A stretch of DNA of 62,101 nucleotides, counting the filler, from Bipalium vagum (Eukaryota), in NCBI GenBank assembly GCA_037834085.1. It is 3 parts of 3 records of this genome, joined end to end, with 100 filler letters (N's around TTAATTAATTAA, not from the genome) between each part and the next. Parts side by side here need not be neighbours in the genome. Positions count along the whole stretch, not along the records: positions 1 to 18,372 come from JBBMKC010031284.1; 2 more parts are not named here. The stretch is one strand, 5' to 3'. The position numbers were made by a program, and so were the translations under genes. The notes under the pieces are model-generated. The model saw only the letters and a list, made by a program, of their open reading frames with translations. It had not been told where the DNA came from and ran no database searches. Every line of letters starts with the position of its first letter. The stretch's first letter is position 1. Shown here one piece after another: positions 1 through 14,334 of the stretch.

Positions 1-283
1 TATTATTATTATTATTATTATTATTACAAAAAAATAAAAAAAGTATTTCATATAAAAATTTGATTATAAAATGTTGTTTGAAAACTCAAACAGAAAAAAT
101 ATTTTTATAACAAATACGAAAATATATTTTTTTCAAATCATTATATAATTTCAATTTTTGATACATGAAATTAAAATCAATTTTTAAAAAAATAATTATT
201 TATTAAAATAAATAATAAAAAAATTAATTAAAATTCATTGATTATAAAAATATTATTGTTAAAAAATTTCGAAATTAAACATT

Positions 284-950
284 TTAGGTCAACCGGACAA
301 AATTTTGATAAAAATATTTTAATTGAAAAATTAGAATTTTTCAAAAATAATCTATTTTAAACATTACCTTTCGCCACCTGTCAGGCAACTGAAGAGTCCC
401 TCAGTATGAAGACTCTTTGAGTTATAGCTAAACAAATCATCTGGGTTCGCTCTAATAGTATCCAGCAAATCAAACTCCATTCCGCCTAAAAAATTATGCA
501 GTGATCGGAATAAATGGTAATCAAAAGGAACAATATCAGGAGACTATGAGAGGTAAGCCTTTAAGTCGTCGTCATACCACTGGACTACTTACCAAACAAT
601 TCATAAAATGTGCGGTCTGTTATTAACATAATTTAAGACAAAAAACTCTTCGTTTTGTCGATTTCAGTCAAGTGGAATAAATTGTGACTTTAACATATCC
701 TTACTAGGAAGAATATTAGTGAGAATTGATCCCTGGTTGCTCGATAGAAAACAAAAAAATGGTACTTTACTCTCTAAAATCGCAGCACGCACGCAGTAAC
801 ACTTATTGCCATTGAAGATTATGTATTAATGTTTTTAACTGAGTTTCATCTACTTTACATCAAGATTTCTGTCTTGTGACCTCTGAATGTGGAACATCTT
901 TCATTTTCTATTATTGAATTGTCAAATAAGAATATTTTTGTTTATTAAAT
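284..950 (-). mobile_element. Degenerate mariner, 3' half
   Basis: The minus strand reads YSPDIVPFDYHLFRSLHNFLGG and then LPDRWRKV across frameshifts, which is the mariner YSPDLAPSDY motif and C-terminus. A TIR-like ttaggtcaaccgg lies at about 284. The other boundary is approximate. Confidence 0.75.
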
Positions 951-3489
951 TGTCAGCTTCAATAGATTATTATTTGACACTGGATTAACAAATTATCTTT
1001 CATTTTATTATTATGGTAATTTACATATTTCTTTTGTTTAAAGAAATCTTTATAAGCTGAAAAATATTAATTACTTTTATATAAAATGGGATATCTGAAA
1101 AATATACCATTTTAAAGTAAAATTTTTATGAGTCACAACAGATAATATTAATTAAGCAACTCTCACTAATTCAGATCAATAAACTATATTCAATACGGTG
1201 ATAAAATAAATAATAGAAAATCGAAAATCAAATCATAATAATATAAGGTCAAATTAATACTTTTAATATAATAAAATGGATGAGTACTGTATCAAATAAT
1301 ATAAAATCAAATAACAGATAAAATGAATAAATGAAAAAATCTGGTGTCGTATTAAATATAATAGGCTCCTGGATCAACCATGAGACCCTTATTAGCTGAT
1401 TCGTGATTGATCGACCTCTATCAAGTAGCCATGCAGCTTTGACAGCCAAAACATACCTTTAATGAATATTCTTTTACACCTTTTGAATAAAATATTTAAG
1501 TCTTTTTTTAAGAATGGTCGATTCTCGTTTTCTTTTCTTTTATCAGTTTTTCTCTTAATCTATTCAGCTCTAGAAGAGCCACCATATGGTTGATCACCGC
1601 ATTCCCAGAGCTCTGAGCGCATGTAATTTTACCTCTTTAGGACCTGAAAGAATGCTTTTGCAGGTATTGCTGCCTAACAGAAAGATAATTAATTATGACA
1701 TGCAGCATTAGCCGCTTAAAGGCATCAGTTAGCATTTATTGACGACTTCTTCTGATTAGTGAAATAAATAATTGCAGCGCCACAGAAGATATTAAAATAA
1801 TTTTCACAAAATCAGAGAGAAAAAGAAAGAGATCAATATATGAGGGGTTTCCTGCCATATAGGCCTTTTATTAAGTGGAAGCTTGCCTAATATGGCCACT
1901 CATAAAGGAAATCTTAACTTTTTAAAGTATTAAGTAAACAAAAATGAAGAATCTTTTGTGGCAAATCGTAGTACTGACCTGAAAAATATTTGAATACTTG
2001 GTAATAAATGTCCATTTGGAATTATTGTAATTTATTTGCATTGCATTTGATGTTGTTTTATTCAAATACATACAGGCCATTTAAGTTGTTTTAAATTTTC
2101 GTTATATTAAATAAAGAACAGATTTATATCTCATACCAATTTCCTTAGTATGTTTATTTGTTAGACTGTATGCACTTTTGTGTTTGCATTCTTCAATATG
2201 ACCAAACAATTGCATGTTTTTAAATTACCATTAAAAGAAAAATATTCTGCAATAATTTTTATTTAACGACTAATTATATTGTAGAAGTGCTGCCTTCATG
2301 ATACCACAAACTGATTCATATGGCCCTCGCAGGACTCTGAATTTGACATGCATGATGTACATGTATATAAATTATATACAGGGTACGGTGCTAGAATAAA
2401 GACAAATTTAAATTGAGATTTCTCTAATATTATAAATCATGAATAATTTAAATATTTTTTCCTTAGATCGATAATTTCAATATTATATCGAAACGAATTT
2501 TAAATGGCCAATCGGAACGAGTATGATAAAAGAGCTGCCGACATCGAAACTAGTTCAATTTAGTTAAATTATTTAAAACGAATAAATAAGAAATAATTTT
2601 AACAAATATTAGGTACATTCATAAGTTTTGAACCATTTTTTCATCGTTGGTTTACTAATCCAAATATTATTAAATAACTGCCGCGAAAATTTACATTGGT
2701 AATCAAAGCATTAATTTTTATAAATATATTAATTTTATTCTTTAGTTATTTTTAAAACCTGGGGCATTGTGATCAGTATGTTTTTAATTCACAATGTGTA
2801 ATTCTACCCTTAAAATTAGAACAGTAAGTATAGAATAATAGAATATAATAGTAATAATTATTTGATTATATACTTATTCTGGAACAGTTTATAAATGCTA
2901 GTCTTAAAAATCTATCTATTCACAAAATCCCATGTACCAGCCCAACAGTAAAATAAATGTAAATTCCATAAAATTTTTTTTTTGAATTTTGAAATCAACT
3001 TATCAAATATTAATAAATATTTTTGTCCATGTTAATAATAATGTTACATACACAATAAGGAACATAGAAAGTATAAATTAAAAAAAATATTATATACATT
3101 AAATGGGGATCACATTATTTTAAAAACAATTGCGGTTTTCATTAAAATTTGCCTAAAATTGTTCATCCTTTCAATTATGCTAAATGAAACTATAAAACAA
3201 TTTTTGTTATCGTTTTTCAATGAAATTAATTATATAATTATTTTGTTTCTGTCGGCTTTTGCATACCGTAAAATAATTCATTGAAATTTAATAATTAAAT
3301 TAACAAATAAACATTACAGAATTATAAATAATTTCATTTATATTTTATCATTTTTAATATAAATTAAAATACGATGATTTAAACAATTTTTAAAAACGCT
3401 TTTTATAAAAATATGGAAAATAAATAAAAAAAAATATTAAATCATTTATCATATTTTAATCTTAATAAATTAATTATCAATATATTATT

Positions 3490-4700
3490 TTGGAAATGGC
3501 TTTAATCAGCAATGGCAACCAGACTTCCAAGTGTCGTTCTTCTGATCATCATGATAATCACGTACGAAGTATAATTACTGAAAATACAGTCGAGCTTTTC
3601 AATGATTTCTTAACTTTTTCACATTAAAAATGTACTGGCACTATCCCTCAGATTAAGATCAAAACTAATAATATCTGCCATATGACAATAATCATAATAC
3701 TTTCACAAACAAAAATTTCCGAAGAATTACTTTTGCGTTACTTGAAATTTATTATTAGATTAAGAATAATGAAACAAAAATTTTATGTTTTCTACTAAAA
3801 TGGTTTTGTTCTGTAAGATTGTCTTCTAATTGTCCAAAAATCCTTAATTGATTGCTTGTGATTTTCTTTATTTTCGGATGAAAGAAATCTTTGGAATGAC
3901 TAACTGTGAAATGTTTTATTTTTTGATTAAGGAAGAATTCAAATAAATTTTAATATCCTTCCATCAATCAGTCATAACAATTGTTTTATGTACAATTCTT
4001 CTTTATATCATATCAACCAAGGGTTTTGTACTACGATTCTCATAAAATTCAATAAAACATTCCGTGTTTTTACCACGAGTTGCGCTGCCAACAAATCATT
4101 TCTGATTATGAAGGACTCGACCATGATGATATTTCTTTATGCTGCCAACGCTTCATAAATTTCAGTTATTTATTTTTCATCTCCAATAAGTCCTTGGTGA
4201 TTTTTATCATAAATAATGTGCACCAGAGCCAGTATAATTTTTTTGCTTTGTATGCTGATTTCCCAGCACAAAAATATATGAGAAATGAGATCGAAAATAT
4301 AGGTAACAAAACATTACGCAAAATATCAGGCTTATTCGTGCAAATTTGAGGATGAGGAACTTTAAATAATTTTTTTATCATTATTATAAGTACACTTTTT
4401 TAAATGGCTTAATATACTCCATGTACAAGGTTTATCACAATGTTTAATAATTATTTCAAAATGCTTTTATTAAATACAAAATTTTTAAAATTGTTTTAAA
4501 TGTTATATATTCTTACGATATGATAATGTCAAACTCTGTTGAAATTTGTTTCAAAGATTTTCCTTCATCATCCTCGAAATAATTACATATGCACAATACA
4601 TTCAATGTAATACCTGATTCATATTTAAGATAAACAATTTCCCTTAATCCGTTGCTGAAATGTTATTTTCTGCCATTCTTAATTTTAGGTTTGATAATTG
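3490..4700 (-). mobile_element. Merlin (IS1595/ISXO2-like DDE) transposase pseudogene
   Basis: Minus-strand translation with stops and frameshifts: ITEIYEA..KYHHGRVLHNQK*FVGSATRGKNTECFIEFYENRSTKPLVDMI*RRIVHKTIVMTD*WK..HFTVSHSKDFFHP..HKQSIKDFW. This follows the Merlin consensus VEIDE..RKYHRGR..QWVFGG..NRS..TL..I.SD.W..H.TVNHS..F..P..HTQ.IE..W. TIRs were not identified and the boundaries are approximate. Confidence 0.8.
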
Positions 4701-5189
4701 TAGTAATGAGAAAAATGATTATTGTTAAACAATTTTTAAAATTATTAAGCATTTTGAGAAACCCTGTAATTTAAATAACAGTTTTTATTTTAGACTACGA
4801 GAAAAATAGAAACATCAATTAGTCATGATGCGCATTTATCTAAAATTTTTATTTTTAAAAGGGCCCAGTGTAGGTGCTGCTGAAAAAGAATTTAAAAATT
4901 TCTTCCCGACAGTTACATTCCTAATAAAAATACCAAAAAAATAATAATATAATTTAAAAACAAAAATTATTAAATTTTAATTAATTAATCTAATTGAATT
5001 ATTTAAACAAATAAGGATAACAAATTGAAGTTAAGGAAATGCTTTCTTGAATCAATGAAGTAATAAATAAAAAATATTTGTGAAGTAATTATAAAAATCA
5101 TTATGAAATATCCAATGAGGAAAAATATTGTTAATATTTATTTTCACTTTCAAAGTTCAAACTTCAATCAAGTTCATTTCCATGAACAA

Positions 5190-5300
5190 TGTAGTAAGAA
5201 CAAGAATATAGCAAATGAAAATGAATTATTTCAAGTTTTACAAGACTGCTGGGAAATACCAGACAGATGTCAAGGTATAATTGACAATCACACTTAAGAG
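5190..5300 (+). mobile_element. Tc1-like transposase C-terminal remnant
   Basis: NENELFQVLQDCWEIP-DRCQGIIDN resembles the Tc1 C-terminus (L...L.EEW..IP...P.RC.AVI.N.G) with an internal deletion. Confidence 0.5.
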
Positions 5301-6196
5301 ATAAGTGGTCAGATATTTCTGGTTTTTAAGATAGTTTTTATTATTTCATGAAAGAAGTATTTAAAATAGGAATATTTTCAAAGAATTAAAATTTCTAAAG
5401 TGTAATGATATACTAAAAAAATAATATTGTTTAATATTTATTTTGATTTTATAAAAAATATTTCTATTTATTTATGCTAATATACATATCTAAAATAGAG
5501 GTATAAGCTAACAAATTATGAAACCTTAATTTTTGAGAATATTTAAGAGTAGAAATTTATTTTAATTTTACATTATTTCTATTATAAACATTATTTTTCT
5601 TTGATGTTTGGACATACTTTGATCTATTGCCTTAACAGATGATTTGATTTTAACCATCTCGCCATGGTTATGTTAATTTTGGATCAGATCCCATTATTTT
5701 TGTAATATTTCGTTTCAGTTTGGATAATACTAATAGACAAATGATGTCTGCGACCTTTAATTTAAAATTATACTCAATATCGAATTTTTGTTCGTCACGA
5801 TTTTCGTCTGGAACTAAGAGGCAGCAAATGAATGATGATTTTGTATTTGGTAGCATGAATAAAAATATTTTCTCCTTTGTTTTGGGATAAGGTTAATACT
5901 TCATTAGGATTATATTATTATTATTATCATGTATTTAATTATCATTTTTTAATTAATATTAATTATTTAATTACTATGATTTCTATAATGTTTTTCAACA
6001 TATAACTTCTTGAAGATAGTATCATCAAAAATGAAAAAGTATATTAAAATTTTTTATGAATAAAATGACCAATAATGTAAATTTGATTATAATATTTAAA
6101 TAATTATTTAGCACAACATTATAACAAATACAGGTTCATAAGAAAGAGAGAAATATTTAAAGTCAATATCAAAACAGCAAAATTTAAATATATTAT

Positions 6197-7085
6197 ATAT
6201 AGTCACCACTAAAGTGCTGTGAATTTTGACCAAGAAAATCCACGTTTTTAACAATTTATCTAACAAATTATTCTTCATTTGTTCATTCTCAGTCTAGTAG
6301 TTGAAGAATAACTTTTATAGAAATGCGTAGACTTATTTGAGAAGACGATAATATTCATTACCTCCAATGAAACAAAATTCTATACAAGTCTATAATGGCG
6401 TTTCATCTGTCTCTTATTATGACCTTTTTCTCGTGACATTGTCATATGGGATCCATTTCTCATCTCCCATTATAATCTTCAGAAAAACAACCGTTTTTTT
6501 CAACAGAGTATCGCAGATTGATAATTGAGTGATTCGATTCTTTTCTATTTTAGGAAGTTATTGGAAGCAAAAATATCGTAGTGGCTGATGATTCCCATTT
6601 ACTGTTTATGATCTTGAATGGTACTCTGGTATTTGGAATTCTTTTCTGCTACTTCTGAAACATTCAGGTCAAGATTTTGTACTATGTTATCCTGCCTAAT
6701 ATCAATATTACAAGGAGGCAAACAGAACGAGCATTTTTTTCGATTGAAATATTGGCTTTTGTATTTCAGGAACCATCTCCGAACCGTTTCTTTTGATATA
6801 ACACTATGTCCGTAGACTTTACAAATATTATTGACGGTAATTTGAACACTGTTACCTATCTTAAAATAAAATAACAATAAACTGTCGAAAATATTACTTC
6901 GGTTAATATATTTCTTAAACTCAAAAAATCACTAAATAATAATATTTTCTTTTTAAAAAATACTGTCTTTTATTTCAACGACTGGATTTTTTTTATTAAT
7001 TTATCTAAAGAAAAACACATGTATAACAGTATTAACTTAAAAAGAATTTATTAAAAACTTACAGGACTTTTCGGATGACCAAATT
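6197..7085 (-). mobile_element. Internally deleted mariner
   Basis: Imperfect TIRs: tatagtcaccactaaagtgctgtgaatttt and aaaacttacaggacttttcggatgaccaaa. The HTH ORF 6599-6877 (-) reads LFYFKIGNSVQITVNNICKVYGHSVISKETVRRWFLKYKS. Confidence 0.8.
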
Positions 7086-10000
7086 AATCTACGACATATG
7101 TATTTATCATACACTTTGCTAAAATTAATAAAAACAACAAAGAGAAATAATAATAACATTATTATAAGAATAAGAATTTAAAAAAAAGAAGAATAAAAAA
7201 ATTTCATGATATATTTAATAAAATGGTCAAAAATATAAAAAACTTATAATATATATAATAGGATACGAAATTCCGATCTAAAAAGTAGACAGCTACGTCT
7301 GTTTTTCCAAGCTAGCTGGTTGCGAGAGTATTTTAAACCTATGTATTTTTAACTTTCCTGAAAACCGACATGGATTCATTGTACTTTTCCTTTTTTCAAT
7401 AGAAAGATCTGTAGCAAAACCTAAAATAATTTTTGGGCGACATTTACAAAAAGAATCTGTATATTACATATTAAAGTCAATGTCATATTTGCTAATGACA
7501 AATAATTTTTCCAGAGATAATTGAGTCTCAAGATCTGAAGTTGATAAGTTCGTATCATTTACAAAAAATCGTTTTGAATAACTATTATATAAATTGCGAC
7601 ATAAAATAAATTAAGAAAATTTATTTTTATATTTATTTTACCCATTCTTTGTGAAATGTTATAATTTTATTTTATCACTTTCTGATTAAATTAGTTTAGA
7701 AACCATAGTGGTATTGCCTTGTTGGTAAAAAATATATGGTAAAAATATATAAAATGATATAAAGGTATTTAATTTTCTGATTCGTTTAAAATCGTTAATG
7801 TTAAATTTAATTAAGAAAATTAATTTTTTTAAAGAATAAAAAATAATATAAAAATCAAATTACCTTTGTTTACTCATTATATGTATAATTTTGACTCCAT
7901 CTCTTACAAAAATAAGTTAACATTCTGTTTCTATTAAAAAATTAAATTAGTATTGCATTTATATGTAAAATCAAACATTAAATAGTGTATATTGTTTAAA
8001 ATCGCTTCAGTTTAATAGAACAAAACATATTGACTTAATTACTTTTTACTTTGATGACTCTGAAAAACGAGGAAGTGTTATTAAAAGAATTAAATCATCC
8101 TAGTCGAATAAATAAGACGAAATCTTTTTATAATTTTGTTTAGGGACTAACCATAAATACAGAAGAACCTTTATGTTATTTAAGCAAAATTATTAATATT
8201 ACTTCAACATTGCTATCTTGAAATACCACTAGGGTCCTCCTAACTAAAACAATCAGATTAAGAACCCGAAGTTTAAGCAGTTTAGAGAAAAAAGGTCGAT
8301 ATCTGCAATTGATTTAATCAAATATCCAACATTGATTTTAATAATCAAGTTGAACTCTAAATCTAAAATTAACTTGAATTAGTGAGAACTAATCAGTAAC
8401 TTTTTGGTCAACTGAGAATCTGTCTTAAAAGTCAAATAGTTTCTCAATTTGCGTAGGAGCGTTTTTTCAAATTTCAATGACAAAAATAAAAGCTTTTATA
8501 CTTTTCATTTATGTTTTGAAGGAAATTCATTGGGTATTTTTTCTTATTAAATCTTTATTTTTGGAAGTTAATTTTATTGATAACAACAAATTACTATTAT
8601 TAGTAAGTGTCAGAGTAGTCTACTTACTATTTTTGGTAACTATTTTTCTAAAACAATTTCCAAAAATTCCCATTGTTTACATGAATCATTAATTTTTTAA
8701 TTACAAAACACAAAAATTTATCACATATCTATGATAAGTAATATATCATAGCTCTAACATTTCTGCAAGAAGCTCAATAATGAACTTTCCACCAAATTCA
8801 TATCTATTTCTTCAATAATACTATGCTAAAATAATGACTTTAAAATGATTATCACTTCAACGCAACCTTTTTGGGCTGATTAATCTTAAAAGCTTTTCTA
8901 TAATAATTTTGCTCTGGCCAATCATGTCATTATCTCCAAAAAACTGGCAGCTCTTTCACTGGATAACTATTAAACCATATTTAGGGTGATTTATTACCAA
9001 TTTTATTTGTTTATATCTAAAATACACAACCATAAATCAAGCACTGAAAGAAAATAAAGAAGTACACATTGACTTTGACATCCGCTTAAGATGTTTAATT
9101 CCAATTAATGAAGTATTATAGAAGAGAAAGAAATGTATAATAAAATTAAATAATAATTTTAATGATATACTTAAGTAAAATATTTTTTTAGAAATATTTA
9201 TTTTGTATTTTACGTTTTCTATGTTAAGATTCGCAAATGTTAAGATTTAAACGATTAAAAAATGTTTTTAAAAATATAATGTTGACCTACTATTTCATGT
9301 TATTGATAAAGTTTATAAAAACATTTTTTGCATAATTTTTTGCTAATTTAAGTTTAAAATAATAAACCAATACTTAAGAGAGAATGAAGTCCACGTCAAA
9401 TAAAATTAAAGTAAAATATATATATATATAAAAATAAAAATTTTTCCGAGTGGAACTTAGGTAATTATATTGTTAAATTAATTAATTAATATATTCAGCT
9501 TATAAGCGTAAATTCATTTACTTCAGTGTTTATGAATACATTATGTAAAACTAAAATTATAAAAAGTATCGATTTAAAAATTAAGCACCGTTCTACATAC
9601 GTTTTATAATGAAAAGAGGATGAAAAAAAATTTATTTTATTTATATTTTTCCAATATTTTTCAAGAAATTTAATTCACTTTTATGAAAATTTTACAATTG
9701 CATGTTGAAAACATGAAAGTTACTTTACATAAACTTTTCTTTAATTTATATTTTAGAAATATAAATGGTTTTCTAGTTTCAAATTAAAATAAAAATTATA
9801 TACAAGTAACAATATTATTAAGAATTCAGAACGAGTCTTATAATTAATTAAGATTTTGTTTATTAAAATAATATAATTGATTATTGGTTTATTTGGAGTT
9901 TAATCTAAAATTGCCTAATATCTAGCATAAGAAATTTTTTTTGGCACAAAGATTGTATTTAAGGGTAACGTGTGAATGTTATGAAAATACTTGCCAAAAT

Positions 10001-10669
10001 AAAAATATATCATTTTGTGATATAATCACTTCAGTTTAAAATGATATTCAAAGCACAAAAAAATTAATTTAATAAAAAATGTTTAATTAATCAATTTAAA
10101 TTATTTTCTATGTTGATTGAGAACACTGTCCATCAACAAAGGCTTTTCCTCAACATTTTTATATAATAAATCAAACAATATATTATGAAAGATCAATAAA
10201 TATTTCTTTGATATCAATCTATTTAATTACACATACACAATTACAAGTAAAAACTTTTTTTCGATCATCATGTCATAATCATTACATTAAAAAAATCTAT
10301 AAATCATTGAATCCGTAAAAATTGTTGCGAAATGGTTTGGAATATCAAAGTTTTTTTGTCCAAATTCCTTAATGAATGATGAAAAGGTAACTCAAAACTT
10401 TTAATAATTTTTCACAAAAAATCCCACTATTCATACAATTCATAAAACAATTGATTATTTTTGTGAAAACATTTTTGGTACACCCATTCGATGGCTTTTA
10501 TTGTCTTCACAATTCCTACAATCAAAAATGATTTTGAATAGCGGTTTTCCTGAAATTGTCGTTTAAATCGAATGTTTAAACCATACTATAATATTTTTAG
10601 ACTTTCGTATTTTCTGAACTAACATATGGTTAAGGATGATATTTTAAGATTTTGTGTTTGATAAATAAT

Positions 10670-10993
10670 ATACTGGTTGGGTTCAATAAATTGGCAAAAG
10701 ATTTGATAATTCATTATTTGAATATTTATTAAGATTGAAAAGCTTTGTTTAAATATTGTAATTTAACAAATTGATTTTATTTATAAAGCGGTACATTTAA
10801 AAAACCAAAAATGTCAAAAGAATACGACAGAAAACATATAATTATTCGCCTTTGCGCAGAGCGTACAGTTAAGCAAATTTCTGAGTTCAACAAAACCCCA
10901 TAATGTACTGCTTTTAATAAGAAAAATATGTATGATTCTTATCCTGATGTTTATTTATTAAAATTTTGCCAATTTGTCATGACCATCCTGTAT
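10670..10993 (+). mobile_element. Short non-autonomous Tc1/maT-type deletion derivative
   Basis: TIRs tactggttgggttcaataaattggcaaa and ttttgccaatttgtcatgaccatcctgta, with TA ends. The internal MSKEYDRKHIIIRLCAERTVKQISEF resembles the HTH start of Tc1/maT transposases. Confidence 0.6.
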
Positions 10994-11417
10994 ATAAATA
11001 ATCTTATATGTAATACAGAAAATATAATACCTAAATATAGAGCTTACTTTAAGCTTGTTGCTATTGTTAAATAAAATTGCTTTCATAAATTTATAAAATA
11101 AATTAAATTAGACTCCAAAATTTAATTTATTAAAAATTACATAAATCACTATGAGATCAATAATGAATCAATAATTTAATTTAAAAAGTATATATCGAGA
11201 AAATTAAATTAAAGTTTTTCTTCGTAATATTTCTCATAAGAATTCAGACAATTTTTAAAAACCGTATAATGTAAAATAAAAAAAATATGTAAAAATTCGA
11301 ATATTAAATAATTTCTTTTATAAACTTAATTTCTTTTTCCATGAAATTAATGTTTCTTTCCATGTTCATAATAATAATTTTGATACTATAATTAATATTG
11401 TCTCTTGTATTTTTCAG

Positions 11418-12670
11418 ACGAATATCTGTCAACCATTAGCCACCAGTGGTGTTTGATCTGGTACAGTCTTGACGTATTTTTCACGGCATCTACCATAATA
11501 CATCTATGTACCATTTCCATTGATAGGTATAATGCATTAAAGAATCCACTAAAAATCCATGGCCAAAAGCGATATAGGTCTTTGGTAATTCAACTGGTCT
11601 GTGCTTGGATTATTCCTTTTAGTATTGCATGTCCCCTGTTTTTGTTTGCAATGGAATTGGATAAAAACCGAGAGCACTCATCTTTCAAAGGGTGTGGTCC
11701 ACAAAACGCATATTTCATTTTAATTGCAACAATTGTTACATTTTTCATTCCATTAATAATAATGATTGTTACGTATATTTTAACGGTAAAAATTCTCCAT
11801 ATACAAAGAAAAGAGGCAGAGGGGAGTCTCTATTCGAATGCTGTAGCGTCATTGGTTTTCAAACCGAAATTGTCCAATTCTCACAGTAAGCTGAATACAG
11901 TTCCCTCCTTTAGGTTTAAGCATGAAAAGAAATCGAATAACGAACTTCGTAAGTTTTCCCTATCAAACCATCGAAAATCAATATCAACAAGTTGCTTAGC
12001 AAGTTTGATTGATTCTGAATTTAAAGAAATAGACAGTGATAATCACATTGAAATGAATCTTTTGTTGTCAAAAACAACTAAAAATACCTATGTGGATCAG
12101 AATTTAACGACCATGTGTAGCTCAGATAGTTTACGACCTTCAATGAACCAGTACGAGTCCAAAGAATGTTTGACTCAAAGACAGGTTTCATTCAAAGAAC
12201 AGAGGAAATCGAAAAACTGTTATTGGAAATCAAATACAGTTTGTACGGTTTTGGAAAACCCTCTCGCTCTAATATCAAATCACAGATCTTTCAAAATCTC
12301 CAATAAAGCTAAAGCCGATGACTACTCGCTCTTCTACATAAAAAAGAAGGAAAGTGAAAAGCAATTAAAACAGATAAATCGATCGAAAAAAGCCGTACAA
12401 ACTTTGGGAATTCTGTTTCTCCTATTTGTTATTTGTTACTTACCGTTTTTTGTGGCATATCTTGTAGATTTTTTCTTTAAAATATGCTCAATTTCTTCTA
12501 CAGCAGAGAAAATGCTTACATTTCTTGAATGGATCGGATATTCTGGATCCATGTTTAATCCGATCGTTTATCACTTTTTCAATCCCATTTTCAGACACAC
12601 GTATCAAAGATTAATGAAATGCCAATGTTATCGCGTATACATCCGGCATGCAAGCAGTAGTCAAAGATAA
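11418..12670 (+). CDS. Class A biogenic-amine GPCR, 5-HT2-receptor-like; terminal coding exon (TM3-TM7)
   Basis: Acceptor ttttcag|AC at 11417/11418. TM3 WCLIWYSLDVFFTASTIIHLCTISIDRY has D3.32 and DRY. TM5 is FFIPLIIMIVTY, followed by an ICL3 of about 200 aa. TM6 is KAVQTLGILFLLFVICYLPFF and TM7 is WIGYSGSMFNPIVY. The stop is at 12668-12670. These are close to 5-HT2A motifs ([35 protein letters not shown]). The exon encoding TM1-2 was not found in the window. Confidence 0.9.
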
Positions 12671-13056
12671 TTAAAAGTAATTCATTTATTTGGTTCAATT
12701 ATTTTATATTTTATAAATCAAAATTATATTTTATTAATAAAATTCTGTTAAGAAATGACAGTTCTTTTTAATTTTTCAATAATAATAATAATTATTATTA
12801 TTATTAAAAACACCAGTATTTTAATTAATTACATTAATCATTCTTATATATATAGAAAATAATAAAATATATAATAATGAAAATCAATTATTTCTATATT
12901 ACAGACCTTTCTCTCGATTAAAATGAAGTTTTTGGTTCCATTAAATGTTTCTTTACTAATCATGAAACCGAAATAATGAGAGTTGCTGGTAAAATTATTA
13001 ATATCGGGTGAAAGTTAGAGTTTCAAATATATAAAAACACTTAACTTATTCAACAA

Positions 13057-14320
13057 TTGGGTAGTCTAAAAATTTTCCGCCGATTTTGTTAATAGACGGT
13101 GAAAATGTTCTTTATGTAGTTTGATTGCAATTAATTTTGTTTTAATATATCATTTTATAATTTATTATAATCCTAACATTCAAATAACTTTAAAAAGTAG
13201 GCATTTTGGTTAATTAATAAAATTTTATTCATATTTAGAAATGGATATAAATAAAGAAGAAATTCGATACATAATGCAATTTTATTTCTTGAAAGGTAAA
13301 AATGCTACACAGGTAACTAAAAAGATTAATGCTATTTATGGAGTGGATACTGTTTCGGATAGTACAGTCCTTGAATGGTTCCCTAAATTTCGTTCCGGAA
13401 AGGTTTATGTCAAAGACGTACTTCGTTCTGGCCGATCAATCTGTGAAAAAGTCGATAAAATAATTAGGAAGGTTGAAGAATATAAGCAGCCACGAAATAG
13501 CTCAGGAATCGGGATTCATCATCAAACAGTTTTAAATCATTTGGAGAAATGTGGATATACAAAGAAACTGGATGTATGGATACCGCACAATTTGACTGAA
13601 GAGAATTTGAAAGACCGAATTTCAATATGCCAAACATTGTTAAATAAAAACATAATCGATCCATTTTGAAACGTCTTATTATGTGTCGAAAATGGACCAA
13701 GTACGATAATAACATACTAAAAAGGTTTTGGAAAAAATTTGGTATGACCTCACAAACTGTGGCCAAACCAAAAATGACTTCAAGGAAGATAATGCTCTGT
13801 GTGTGGTGGGATTACAAGGGAATAGTTCATTATGAATTACTCCAACAGGACAAAAAATAAACTCATTTACCTACTGTGTACAGTTGACAAGAGTACAACA
13901 GGAAATTCAAGAAAGCGTCCGAATTAATCAATAGGAAACGCGTTGTGTTTCACGATGAGAACGTCTAACCACATGTATCTTTCATGACGCAGCAAAAATT
14001 TAGGGATCTTGATTGGGCAATTTTTTTACATCCTCCATATACTCCTAATATAGCACCGTCAGACTATCATCTTTTTTGCTCATTAACCCTTAATGGTATA
14101 AAATTAAATTCAAAAGGGGATTACGAAAAACACTTATCTTACTTTTTGCCAATGAATCAAAAAAGTTTTACAGTGACGGAATTTTGGCTTTACCAAAAAA
14201 ATGGCAAGACTTTGTCAATCAAAAAGATAATTATGTAATTTAATAAATGCTTCAATTCGACTTTATTTTTCTAACTTTTTCATTTTACCAAAATCGGCGG
14301 AAACTTTTTAGACTACCCAA
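13057..14320 (+). mobile_element. Full-length inactive mariner (mellifera-like)
   Basis: About 30-bp TIRs ttgggtagtctaaaaattttccgccgattttg and caaaatcggcggaaacttttagactacccaa, followed by TA. A frameshifted transposase runs 13241-14238 with IRYIMQFYFLKGKNA, WIPHNL, IMLCVWWD and HPPYTPNIAPSDYHLF. Confidence 0.95.
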
Positions 14321-14334
14321 TATTTAAAAGCATA

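Noticed and set aside
5590-9100. Moderately GC-enriched patches (about 5590-5900, 7260-7600, 8150-9100) as the missing GPCR TM1-2 exon
   Set aside because: No GN..V or LA..D motif was found in an open frame with splice sites. These are probably old TE debris that I cannot classify.
11405-11417. TTG start of the GPCR ORF
   Set aside because: It lies in the polypyrimidine tract and acceptor. The protein lacks TM1-2, so this is an internal exon boundary.
13241-14238. Active or domesticated mariner transposase
   Set aside because: All transposase copies in the window have multiple frameshifts or stops.
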